DNA of 63,960 nt, the filler included, from Octopus bimaculoides (Eukaryota): the NCBI RefSeq assembly GCF_001194135.2. It is 8 parts of 8 records of this genome, joined end to end, with 100 filler letters (N's around TTAATTAATTAA, not from the genome) between each part and the next. Parts side by side here need not be neighbours in the genome. Positions count along the whole stretch, not along the records: positions 39,608 to 50,956 come from NC_068996.1; positions 51,057 to 58,088 come from NC_069002.1; 6 more parts are not named here. The stretch is one strand, 5' to 3'. The notes below the pieces were generated by a model, which saw only the letters and a list, made by a program, of their open reading frames with translations, did no database searches and was not told the DNA's origin. Numbering within the stretch: position 1 is the first letter of the stretch; each line of letters begins with the position of its first letter. Positions 42,721 to 54,140 of this stretch are shown in pieces. Position numbers and translations under genes: made by a program.

Positions 42721-43550
42721 ATATGTATAATGTATTATTCCAACTGGTGAGAGATAAATATCATTTATTTAAAGAGCATAAAACATGTATTTAAGCGCTA
42801 CTAATAGTTTCATATGTTGAGAAATATTCAAACATATTCTTCGGGCGCAAACCACATATCATAACTAACTTTGAAAAAAAAAAATTGAATAATAGTAGAA
42901 ACGCGAAAGAACTAAGAAGACAGCATATAGAAAATGCAGAAAACACAAAAACTAAAATGTAAAAAATAAAGAAAGTTAAAAGGTATAAGAGCTATCTTCC
43001 TTAGACCTTAAATGATAAGGCTGGAAATATATCAAGTTTAGTTAGGAATAGGTAGAATTTTCCAATTCTTCAAAATATATTTATACATATACTTGCAGCC
43101 ACTGAACATTTCTGACGTAAAGTTTAATACAGAGTTAGGGATCTTATATTTGAACAGGATCTGTGCCCTTTCAGCTAAACAAACCCTACATTTATTCGAT
43201 CCATTCACATAAAGTATGGATTTCTCAGTTACTTTCCATTTAATGACGTGGTATTTCGTTATCTTTTAAATTCCGTACATAGCTAGCCAACTTAGTAGCT
43301 TTACTTTTGTTCCTATGTCGGAAGGAGGCTATGTGATTGGCATAGCAAGTTTTAAATTCACCTTCACATAATCCAATATAGGTCTAATCAGTTGTATTAT
43401 TATTTCATTGGCCTATTTTTAGGTTGTTTCTTCTTCTTATTCTGATTAGCACTAGAGGGGTTATGTATTACTTTATCTTTGAGGCAACTGTAGATCTATT
43501 ATTAATATTTTGACTTTTGTTAGAGGGATTATATATTAATCAGGTTCAAA

Positions 43551-43787
43551 AACAGGTTAAAAAAATAATTTTATCAATCTACTTCATTTTGGTTAATATA
43601 TAAAGGATTGAGGTAACTCCTCCAGAAGATATAGAGTCAAAATTAAAAGAAGAATATTTCGACAGGTTCAAAAAATAATAGCACTCTTCTTTTAATTTTG
43701 ACTCTATATCTTCTGGTGGAGTTATCTCAATCCTTTATATATTAACCAAAATGAAGTAGATTGATAAAATTATTTTTTGAACCTGTT
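43551..43787. repeat. 105-bp inverted repeat with a 27-nt spacer
   Basis: 43551-43655 vs 43683-43787; 4 mismatches counted by eye. Confidence 0.9.
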
Positions 43788-43818
43788 GAAGACACACAAG
43801 ATGTCGAAATATCGTTCA
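43778..43818 (+). ncRNA. Minimal type I hammerhead-ribozyme-like motif (variant core) within the Penelope-like element
   Basis: TGAAC-CTGTTGA-A-GACA cacaaga TGTC-GAAA-TA-TC-GTTCA: 5-bp stem I, 4-bp stem II, palindromic ATAT, AUC triplet; predicted cut after 43813. Confidence 0.6.
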
Positions 43819-43856
43819 CTAGATGACAATGGCACTATTATTATTATTATTATTAT

Positions 43857-43888
<32 letters not shown>

Positions 43889-44789
43889 AAGGTACTTCGA
43901 CCATCCTTGGAAGTGAGGATACTCGTGTCCTGGTTTAGGCCGGTTATAGTGCTAGCGTTAGAGGAGTGGTAAACGCTATTATGGTCGGTGTTAATGTCGC
44001 GGCATTGACCTACGTTATGATAATATATAACGGCTACAGGCGTTATTTAGGTAGTATGAATTAAGTTTACGCTTATTAAATGAGGCAACGATAGATTCTA
44101 TATTGGGCGGAGAGGAGTAGGATAATTTCAGACTAGATCTGTTGAAGATCGAATGGTATTTATGGTGACGTGGGAAGTTTGAGTCTACAATTAAAAAAAA
44201 AGTTTTGGCTAAACCCTTAACGTTAGCAAATGGGAGTATAAACCAGAGAATCGATCTTCCTCCACTTTTATTAGGCAATATAGGGGAAGTATAATCTATA
44301 TTATTTGTTAGAGGAGAACCCCAGGACTCAGTGTTGTTTATCAGTTTGAGTTACGATCGAGTGTTGTATGGGTGAGCGCGAGGCGGGAAAGAGCGCCCCG
44401 GTCGAAGTTCTTTTAGGATTCTAGCGGGGGTTTTCGTGCACCTATCTATAGTGGGAGGGTTTGTGTGCCCAGGGGTGGGGTATGGCCCCACCAGGAAATA
44501 GTCTAGAGATGTGTTTTTAAGCCTAGTGTTTGCTTTGAATTTAATTTGTTGAGAGAAGCCGCTAGCCGCTAGCGCCTGGTTATTGTATGGTAGCGTGGCT
44601 ATTGAAAATTTCCCCCGTGACTGAAAGATCCGATATTCGGATAGATACGCCTTTGATTATACCATCGAAGGTAGATTTATGGTAATTAGAGTTTATGCTA
44701 ATGTATCTGAGGTATTGATTAGGTTTATGGTAGGGGGATTTTAGCGAAGATTTAAAATCTAAAGTAGCATCTAGAAAATTAGCTGTTTT

Positions 44790-45510
44790 CTAGGTGTTAT
44801 TATTAAATCTCTATTCGGTAATTCTATCCCTGTTAGGGACTGTACCTTGCCTCTTTTTAGATAGATTACTCCGAACTTCTTGAGTCCAAATTCCATTCTA
44901 ATATCAGTACTAAAACAGTGGACCGTGTTCACTAAGGAATCTCATCTTTGCCATACAGTTTCAAATCATCCATGAAGAGGAAGTGGTTGATTGTTTGGGA
45001 TTTTCCCTTTAGTTGGTCTCCCAGGTACATTTTCCTAAACATTAAGGTCAGAGGTATCATGCAGAGAATGGAAAGCAACGGAGTCTGTCAGCCTGGAAAA
45101 TCTGTCTTCTGATACCCAGGGTACCCAAACATTTTCCGTAAGATGTCAGTTCAGTTTTCTATGCCACCATACTTCTATGCATTAAATTGTTCTGCGATCA
45201 ATTTATGGCAACCACTGAACATTTTATTCAAAATCCCTGTACACCATCAGGTCCTGCTGCTTTTCAGCTGTCTTCTGTGAAGTGGATAACCTCTTTCTGG
45301 GGATAAGAAGCTGTTTGCTTCAGGCTGCAGAGCCATTCAGCTGTAGTATTATGTTGTTCTTGCTTACTCCATATCTTACCCCCAAAAAGTCAACTTTCAT
45401 CAGCATCAGGGACTAATATTTCATATTTTTCATCGTCATTAATCTCTTAAAATCTTTCTTGGTCGAATTTAAACAATGTGTTTTGCTGGTATTGCTTAAT
45501 CCGTTGTTAG
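44790..45510 (-). mobile_element. R4/Dong-like (RLE-class) LINE, decayed RT region
   Basis: RIKQYQQNTLFK; FWGKIWSKQ; KAAGPDGVQGF; LLSILCMIPL; INHFLFMDDLKLYGKDE; DIRMEFGLKK. Confidence 0.8.
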
Positions 45511-45648
45511 CGACTGGGGAGCTGACCGGAACGGCGAGCTGACCGGAAGAGGAAGAAGGGCAGAGGGAGCCTCAATCGGGATTTCGTGCCCTTTTCGAAC
45601 GGGGTTGTTGTGAGGAGAGGACGTGCCAAGCGATCGTCTAGGTGTTGG
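45511..45648 (+). repeat. 5' LTR (first 16 nt missing; remainder in the gap)
   Basis: Identical to 48023-48160 except one substitution (CCTCAATCGG vs CCTCGATCGG). Confidence 0.9.
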
Positions 45649-48006
45649 NNNNNNNNNNNNNNNNNNNNNNNNNNNNNNNNNNNNNNNNNNNNNNNNNNNN
45701 NNNNNNNNNNNNNNNNNNNNNNNNNNNNNNNNNNNNNNNNNNNNNNNNNNNNNNNNNNNNNNNNNNNNNNNNNNNNNNNNNNNNNNNNNNNNNNNNNNNN
45801 NNNNNNNNNNNNNNNNNNNNNNNNNNNNNNNNNNNNNNNNNNNNNNNNNNNNNNNNNNNNNNNNNNNNNNNNNNNNNNNNNNNNNNNNNNNNNNNNNNNN
45901 NNNNNNNNNNNNNNNNNNNNNNNNNNNNNNNNNNNAGCTGCAAGGGATAAGCGATGTGGCGAGTCTCATAGCGCTATACTTGGAAGGGAGCGCCCTGACC
46001 CTGTATTTAGAAATGAATGAGGAAGAGAGGTTAAGTGCGGAGAAGATAAGGAAGGCCACCAGTTCCTACATCGACGACATTTTGGTTGACGAGACTGTAG
46101 TACCAGCCACCGAACTAGTGAGACACCTGGAGAGGTTCGGGCTGATTGCGAAGCCGCCAGAGTCGATGGTGGGGGAGCTGCGCTGGGGCTGAAACTACAA
46201 AAAGATAGATCGGGTGAGCTGGTGTTCCGGAGAGAAAACGAGATCCCAGAGCTGAGTTCCAGCGTCAGCAGGAGAGAGTTGTTCTTGGTTTGTGAGAAGT
46301 TGGTTGGACACTACCCGATCGCTGGATGGCTGCGCACAGCGTGCAGTTACACCAAGAGACGAGCAGAGGGGGAGAGTTGGGGGTGACAAGGTGGGAGAGG
46401 CGACGGTAGCGATGATGTGGGAAATTCTAGAGAGGACGAGAGTGGAAGACCCGGTTAGGGGAAACTGGTATGTGCCCAAGACGAAATGCGGGACGGTTTG
46501 GTGTGATGCTAGCAGTATAGCGATAGGGGTTGTGCTGGAGATTGAAGGTGCTGAGGTGGAGGATGCGGCCTGGCTACGGAAAGCGGACGACTTCAACCAC
46601 ATCAATGTCGCCGAACTAGACGCGGTGCTGAAAGGGGTGGACTTGGTCCTGAGATGGGGGCTGCGCTCGATCGAAATCCGGACGGATTCGGCCACCGTGG
46701 TCGGCTGGGTAGTAACAGTGATTACCAGCGAGAAGAGAGTCCGGACGAAAGGTGGCGCGGAGATGTTGGTGAAACGCCGCCTAGGAGTTCTAGGAGAGCT
46801 GATCGCCGAGTTCGGACTGAAGCTGAAAGTGGTTTTCGTGCCTTCGGAGAGAAACAGGGCAGACGCACTGACCAGGGTGAAAAGGGTGTGGCTGGAGGTA
46901 CCGGAGGAAGCAAGGAAAGGGATAGTGGCAGCGCGTCTGCTGGGTGACTCCGAACTGAGGGAGCTACATGCTATGCACCACTTGGTGGTGGATAGGACCC
47001 TGTATCTAGCGAAGACGATTGATGCTGACGTCACTAGGAGAAACGTCAAGAAAGTGGTCGGAAACTGGACAGCTGCCAGTCCATTGACCCCGCCCCGGGT
47101 GGGCATGAGCAAGGGAACCTCTCAGTAGAGTGCAACTGGAGGAGACTAGCTGTGGATGTGACGCACTACCGTCAGGGAATGTATCTCAGCATGGTCGACT
47201 GCGGGCCGGGCCGGTTGGCCATTTAGAGGGAGTTGAGGACAGGCATTGCTGATGAGATTGCCCGCATTTTGAACGAGATATTCTTGGAGAGGGGTCCCGT
47301 GGAAGAACTGCTAATGGACAACGGGGCAGCGTTTCGTTCGGAAGCGTTGGGGGAGATGCTCGAACGGTGGAAGGTGCGACGATTGTTCAGAGTGGCGTAT
47401 AGGCCGAGCGGCAACGGAATCGTTGAGAGGCACCATCGGACGACCAAGGCCATGGCNNNNNNNNNNNNNNNNNNNNNNNNNNNNNNNNNNNNNNNNNNNN
47501 NNNNNNNNNNNNNNNNNNNNNNNNNNNNNNNNNNNNNNNNNNNNNNNNNNNNNNNNNNNNNNNNNNNNNNNNNNNNNNNNNNNNNNNNNNNNNNNNNNNN
47601 NNNNNNNNNNNNNNNNNNNNNNNNNNNNNNNNNNNNNNNNNNNNNNNNNNNNNNNNNNNNNNNNNNNNNNNNNNNNNNNNNNNNNNNNNNNNNNNNNNNN
47701 NNNNNNNNNNNNNNNNNNNNNNNNNNNNNNNNNNNNNNNNNNNNNNNNNNNNNNNNNNNNNNNNNNNNNNNNNNNNNNNNNNNNNNNNNNNNNNNNNNNN
47801 NNNNNNNNNNNNNNNNNNNNNNNNNNNNNNNNNNNNNNNNNNNNNNNNNNNNNNNNNNNNNNNNNNNNNNNNNNNNNNNNNNNNNNNNNNNNNNNNNNNN
47901 NNNNNNNNNNNNNNNNNNNNNNNNNNNNNNNAAGGCGCCCGCCCGGTTGGATGGCGGACTTCGAAGTGGAGTAGGGGCGGACGTGATCTTTAAGATCAGG
48001 GTGGCA

Positions 48007-48291
48007 TGTGGTATGACGTCAGCGACTGGGGAGCTGACCGGAACGGCGAGCTGACCGGAAGAGGAAGAAGGGCAGAGGGAGCCTCGATCGGGATTTCGTG
48101 CCCTTTTCGAACGGGGTTGTTGTGAGGAGAGGACGTGCCAAGCGATCGTCTAGGTGTTGGGAGAAGCAGCTGCTATTTCTAGTGTTCTTCGGGTCGGGTG
48201 AGCCGCGAGGATCGGATACCGCAGGACAGACTCGTACTTGGAAGGAAAACCGAGGTAAGCCGATTACATCTACTCGCACGCATACACCACA
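48007..48291 (+). repeat. 3' LTR, 285 bp
   Basis: Begins TGTGGT and ends ACCACA (terminal inverted hexamer); followed by the TSD. Confidence 0.85.
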
Positions 48292-49280
48292 GTTAGCTTT
48301 CCTTTTTTTTTTAATGTATGCGCTGCTTCAGTTCTTCAATTACAACATTCAGGCCTTTTGTATCCACACCATACTTCTTCCTAACTTTTCGATTTTCCAT
48401 TCATTCTTAAGTTCTTCATTTCTTTTCCTGACAAGTATTGACACTACACCGTTCAAGGAGTTTCTATCTTCAGAAATTCTCCTTTTCTACCACGTTTTTT
48501 TTTATATCGCTGTTCTATTCTCAGTAGTTCTCAATCCTAACCTTTCCGCCACAATTCTACTAGCAGCCTTGATAAAATTATTTGCTTGTATGATGTTCTT
48601 TGTTTCAATGTGCCTCAGTACAATAATGACTTTATTCGTCTCTTTATTTAGTCTCCATAGTCTTCTTAAAATTGCACACAAATTCTGTCCCTTCTGTATT
48701 TAATAGATCCAAAATTCTGTCTATTATTAATCGATCTCCATTATTTGAGTAGTCACAGATCTTAATTCTTTCACAATTCACTGTATTAAACTATTGCGAA
48801 CAATTGTCCGCCTCTTCCACTATACCACTTTCATTTATCGCATGCTCAACATCACCCGATATCCTTCTTTTAATAGCCTCTAGCTCCAATTCTGTTAACC
48901 ATCCATTCTTGCTTGGTCACATAATCTCTGTTCAGTTATTTCGAACAGTCCCATTGCTTTCTATTCACAGTGCATTCATTTTCTGTACCTTCTGACAGAC
49001 GCCATTCGCATTCACCGGAGTGCCCCGGTAGTAGTAACACTCCATAACCATCAGTGTCTTGTAGCATGGCTAGTAGTTGCTGGATTACGACTGGGCCCAC
49101 CCTACAGCACAGTGGGACACCTGCCGGGTGCGGCACCTTCACCGTTGGTTCCAGTCCCGTTCACACCGTTATCGTCTTTTATCTTGCTTGGCATTTTTAC
49201 TCACAAATGAGGTGTGTTTTTAGGTTACTACTAACCGGTATTTTTTTTATCAAGACACCATCTTTATCAAGATAGTCCGC
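48292..49280 (-). mobile_element. Upstream continuation of the R4/Dong-like LINE split by the Gypsy element (pre-RT region and probable 5' UTR)
   Basis: KKYGVDTKGLNVVIEELKQRI resumes toward RIKQYQQN across the insertion; further upstream AASRIVAERLG. Confidence 0.7.
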
Positions 49281-49425
49281 CAAGGCGGCAAGGTCCATGT
49301 TCCTCTGGCTGCTAATATCATCATCATCATCATCATCATCATCATTATTATTATTATTATGTTGTTTTTTTTTTCTTCTTTCTTCAAATTTTCTTCCATT
49401 TCTCGCCGAGTGTTTTCCGTACACC

Positions 49426-49483
<58 letters not shown>

Positions 49484-49949
49484 ACCATTACCATCATTAT
49501 AACTATTGTTATTAATGTTAGTATTACTGTTTTCAACATTATCGATTGTACTGTTAATCTTTTTAGATAGTAAATTTACCGATTTAAATCCTTAAGGGAC
49601 TACTATTAATTATTTCCCTTATTTTATTTTTCTGATAAACTATTTTAATTCTACTTGCATTGTTATCATTTGATAATTTGTTTACATTTGTCCACTCTCA
49701 TTTTCACAGTTATTCAATCTTTTAGCGTTTTGTGCTGCAATTATTTGTGCAAAGTTCTTAGGTTTACAGAAAGCAACTCTTTTTCTGTGCGAGTTAAATA
49801 TTCTATAGTACTTATTATTCCTGGTAAAGTGTCTTTAACTGCTGAATAAAATAATTTCGAGATATTAGTGCTAATTTGTTTAAATCGATTTTTATAAAAG
49901 TTAGTGCTATTTATGCATGGGCTATTGTTTTTATGCGATTTATTTAAAT

Positions 49950-50956
49950 GTTCCATTTGTTTATTATTATTATTATGTTGTTGTCTTTTTCTTCTTTCTT
50001 CAAATTTTCTTCCATTTCTTGCCGAGTGTTTTCCGTACTCCTAGGGCAGAGAAGCTCATTGTATGCATTCCCAGTTTACATACGCAAATTCATAGGTAAA
50101 ATATGTATTGAAAAAAAAAATAAATAAATAAATAAATTCATGAATGGATGTTGTTTTCACAGCGATAGTGCTCTTCTCAGTACATGAGTCGTTCCAGTTA
50201 GCACGATCTTTTGCACTTCCTGTAGGGATGGTAAGCCTGGTATCATTTTCAAATAGGTTTCAGTACCTTTTTTTTTTATCATTCCTAGAGATCCTACAAT
50301 CACTGGTATGGTAGTCGCCTTGAGGTGCCACATTTTTTTCAATTTCTATTAGCAAGTCTTTATATTTACTGATCTTGTCAAATTCTTTCGCCGCTATATT
50401 ATGATCAGAGGGAATACTCATGTCAATTAATAAACACGTCTTCTTTGTCTGATCTTTTATAATAATATCCGGTTTATTAGCTTTTAGAGTTTTGTCGGTA
50501 TGTACGGGGAAGTCCCAGAGAATCGATACATTTTCTCCCTCAGTCACAGCTTCAGGATGGTGCTTATACCATTTGTCAGCGGTTTTTATTTTTTAATGCC
50601 GACATATTGTCCAGTGTAAATACTGGCCGACTCTGCCATGTATTGCTTTATATTCTACAGGTGCCAAGACTCTACACCCTGAGATTAGGTGGTCTATAGT
50701 TTCAATCGCATCGTTACAAAATTGGCATTTTGGGTCAGCTCCATTTTTTTATCACAATGGCTTGGTAGTTCCGGGTTAATAAGATTTGGTCTTGAGCAGC
50801 TAATATGAAACCTTCACTCTCTGCTTTTAGCCCTGAGCTTCGTAACCACTGATGCGTGCGTTTCTGGTCGACATCAGCTTGTTTGCTACGAGCCACATAC
50901 TTGCCATGCAGAGGTTTCTGTTCCCATCTGCTAGATAATTTTTCATGTGCTTTTGT
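49950..50956 (-). mobile_element. R4/Dong-like LINE 3' end: CCHC knuckle, restriction-like endonuclease, 3' UTR and (ATA)n tail
   Basis: CQFCNDAIETIDHLISGC (C-x2-C-x8-H-x4-C); ILWDFPVHTDKTLKANKPDIIIKD...LLIDMSIP...KISKYKDL; a second copy of the same 3' terminus lies at about 49330-49422. Confidence 0.85.
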
Positions 50957-51056
50957 NNNNNNNNNNNNNNNNNNNNNNNNNNNNNNNNNNNNNNNNNNNN
51001 TTAATTAATTAANNNNNNNNNNNNNNNNNNNNNNNNNNNNNNNNNNNNNNNNNNNN
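50957..51056. other. Artificial scaffold-joining spacer
   Basis: 44 N + TTAATTAATTAA (51001-51012) + 44 N. Confidence 0.95.
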
Positions 51057-51262
51057 GTTTGGTTACGATATAAAATACACAAAACGTGTATTTACTTTAT
51101 ATACATATGAGTTGAAATCTTTCTTCTAGCATTCCATTTAATGTCTATGTTCCATGCTGGCATGGATGGAGAGTTATTAATGTAGAAATATGGTATCGTA
51201 GCTACTAACAGTTGAGGGTTGCGTAGTCTAGACAGCGTTTTTAGATTTCATTATTCTCTTTA

Positions 51263-51292
51263 ACCCGGGCAACGCCGGGTATTTCTGCTAGT
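51263..51292 (+). mobile_element. Helitron 3' terminus
   Basis: Hairpin ACCCGG-GCAACG-CCGGGT, then CTAG|T 7 nt downstream. Confidence 0.7.
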
Positions 51293-51794
51293 ATATATAT
51301 ATATATATATCCTCCTCCTCCTCATCTTCTTCACTTAACATCCGTTTTCCATGCTGGCATGAGTTGGACAGTTTGACAGGAACTGACCAACTGAAGGGCT
51401 GTTCAGCCTCCATATCTGTTTCAGCATGGTCTCTGCAGTTGGATGCCCTTCCTAATGCCAACTGCTTTACAGAGAGTACCAGGTGCTTTTATGCAGCACC
51501 AGTATGGGTGCTTTTTACATGGCACCAACAAGCCTGCAAGGTTAGGAATGCTCAGCCGGTGAGTGATACAGGGAACAACCTGTATACAAAAGCAACCAGA
51601 ATTTTACTCAGCTTGATGTGTCTTTCCAAGCACCAGTCCCCTTTCGTCCCTTTGTGAGCCCTAACATCTTTACATCCTCTCTCACTACTTTGTTCAACAT
51701 CTTCCTAAGCCTACCCCTTTCATATGTTTCTTCTACAATTTAAGATTGGAACTCCCTAATGTTGCTGTCTTGAATATATATGTGTGTGTGTATG

Positions 51795-52232
51795 GTGGTG
51801 AGCTGGCAGAAACGTTAGCACGCCGGGCGAAATACTTAGCAGTATTTCATCTGCCACTACATTCTGAGTTCAAATTCCGCCGAGGTCGACGTTGCCTTTC
51901 AGGGTCGATTAAATAAGTACCAGTTATAAACTGGGGTCGATGTAATCAACTTAATCCTCTTGTCTGTCCTTGTTTGTCCCCTCAATGTTAAGCCCCTTGT
52001 GGGCAATGAAGAAATAAGAAACGTTAGCACGCCAGGCAAAATGCTTAACAGTATTTCGTCTGCCGCTACATTCTGAGTTCAAATTCTGCCGAAGTCGACT
52101 TTGCCTTTCATCCTTTCAGGGTTGATTAAATAAGTACCAGTTACGCACTGGGTCGATGTAATCGACTTAATCCCTTTGTCTGTCCTTGTTTGTCCCCTCT
52201 ATGTTTAGCCCCTTGTGGGCAATAAAGAAATA
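51795..52232 (+). mobile_element. Head-to-tail SINE dimer
   Basis: Full copy from GGTGGTGAGCTGGCAGAAACGTTAGC to GGGCAATGAAGAAATAA, followed directly by a second copy starting at GAAACGTTAGC. Confidence 0.85.
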
Positions 52233-53494
52233 AATATATGTGTATGTAGTGTTGCACAAATGATCTCAAGATTTTGGTTTCAATTCCTAGAGTGGGTCGT
52301 GTGTTGTCTTCTTGAGCAGAACTCTTCATCTCACAATAGTCTGTGATCACTTCAACACCTGACATGTGGTACACCAAGCACCTGTTTAAGCAGCTTTGAT
52401 CATTTGTGCAGGTTGTTCAGCAAAAGCTGAATGCTCATATGTCATCTTTGGCAGGAGAGTCCATCATTATATATATTTGTGTGTGTGTGTGTGTGTGTAC
52501 ATATATACCTACATATATATATTTATCTATGTATATATACATATATATCATATTATCTATACTATATATAAAACAGAGATGTGTGTGTAATCGCTTTTCA
52601 CGTGAAATCGACTTCACCAAATGCTTCCATACTTGTGATGCATGAATAATTTGACCTCGGATAAATCTTAGGCTCTTCATTTGATGTTTTTTTATTAAAA
52701 ATAAATAATATTGCTTTATATTTAAGATTCACTTCTTTAAAAAGTTTCCTCAATGTCAACTTCCGGTATTGACGTAACAACGCCAAAAAAAGCTTCACTC
52801 TCTATTTTGTTGTGTGTTCGTGTGTGTGTTCGTGTGTATGAGAGAGATAGAGAGAGATTACACACCACTCTCTCACACATACACACGCACAAACACACCC
52901 CTTGACTCACTCACACTCTGTCTCTTACAAACACACACANNNNNNNNNNNNNNNNNNNNNNNNNNNNNNNNNNNNNNNNNNNNNNNNNNNNNNNNNNNNN
53001 NNNNNNNNNNNNNNNNNNNNNNNNNNNNNNNNNNNNNNNNNNNNNNNNNNNNNNNNNNNNNNNNNNNNNNNNNNNNNNNNNNNNNNNNNNNNNNNNNNNN
53101 NNNNNNNNNNNNNNNNNNNNNNNNNNNNNNNNNNNNNNNNNNNNNNNNNNNNNNNNNNNNNNNNNNNNNNNNNNNNNNNNNNNNNNNNNNNNNNNNNNNN
53201 NNNNNNNNNNNNNNNNNNNNNNNNNNNNNNNNNNNNNNNNNNNNNNNNNNNNNNNNNNNNNNNNNNNNNNNNNNNNNNNNNNNNNNNNNNNNNNNNNNNN
53301 NNNNNNNNNNNNNNNNNNNNNNNNNNNNNNNNNNNNNNNNNNNNNNNNNNNNNNNNNNNNNNNNNNNNNNNNNNNNNNNNNNNNNNNNNNNNNNNNNNNN
53401 NNNNNNNNNNNNNNNNNNNNNNNNNNNNNNNNNNNNNNNNNNNNNNNNNNNNNNNNNNNNNNNNNNNNNNNNNNNNNNNNNNNNNNNNNNNNNC

Positions 53495-53643
53495 CATTCA
53501 TGAGAGGCGCCCAGCCATCATTCATCTGAGAGTCCATCTACAGAATGTCCTCTCAAATTTCTATACAGCATATTTTGCCTTTTTTTCTTCAAGTATATAA
53601 GCAACAATTTCATTCCCGAGCAACGCCGGGTGCCTCTGCTAGT
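53495..53643 (+). mobile_element. Internally deleted Helitron: short RepHel-like coding remnant joined to a 3' terminus
   Basis: IHERRPAIIHLRVHLQN resembles the Helitron motif HER.P.V.HL.VHLEN; then CCCGAGCAACGCCGGG...CTAG|T. Confidence 0.6.
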
Positions 53644-53695
53644 ATTATATATATATATGAGCACATGCACATGTAACACACACACACACACACAT

Positions 53696-53770
<75 letters not shown>

Positions 53771-53829
53771 TATATATGAGGATTGCTTCATCTTGACAGA
53801 TGATAGTTGTCCCATCAGCACACACACAC

Positions 53830-54140
53830 CACACAGTACAATCTCGCTGTTGATGATCCCATACATGACTTTTAAGACGAGCTGCTGACTAACAAGGTTA
53901 AAACAAAAGTGACAGATATTATTCAAGTTTCTTCTATATCTTTGCCCTTTGGAATCTGATTCTGAAGGAATATTTTTGTGAACTAGCATATGTTTTTTAA
54001 GTCCAGATATTGTCTTACAAGTTTTGTGACATATGACACAAGTCATGATAAGCAGTTGGTGACCAAGATCATAACCTATCTGGGCATTTTGATTTTCGTG
54101 TGACTTCATACAATTCACGTATCCTACTTTTGACAACAGA
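53830..54140 (-). mobile_element. RTE-type LINE C-terminus with two C2H2 zinc fingers (second frameshifted)
   Basis: CVICHKTCKTISGLKKHMLVH; then CHFCF..PC.SAARLKSHV after a frameshift. Confidence 0.6.

Larger units (their letters stand above)
43040..44830 (-). mobile_element. Penelope-like retroelement relic 2, interrupted at about 43440-43900
   Basis: PYHKPNQYLRYISINSNY...ALAASGF (about 44540-44750); RSILWFILPF...FFLIVDSNFPRHHKYHSIFNRSSLKLSYSS (44015-44278); CLAERAQILF...EMFSGCKYM (about 43070-43190). Confidence 0.75.
45511..48291 (+). mobile_element. Gypsy/Ty3-type LTR retrotransposon, internally deleted, with a GTTAG target-site duplication
   Basis: gag-like DVASLIALYLEGSALTLY; RT SYIDDILV; RNase H WCDASS..AELDAVLKG..IRTDSATV; integrase AVDVTHY..LMDNGAAF..NGIVERHHRT; GTTAG at 45506-45510 and 48292-48296. 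Confidence 0.9.

Noticed and set aside
53645-54136. Host C2H2 zinc-finger gene
   Set aside because: Only two fingers with no TGEKP linker, one frameshifted, and no splice structure; fits the C-terminus of an RTE-type LINE better.
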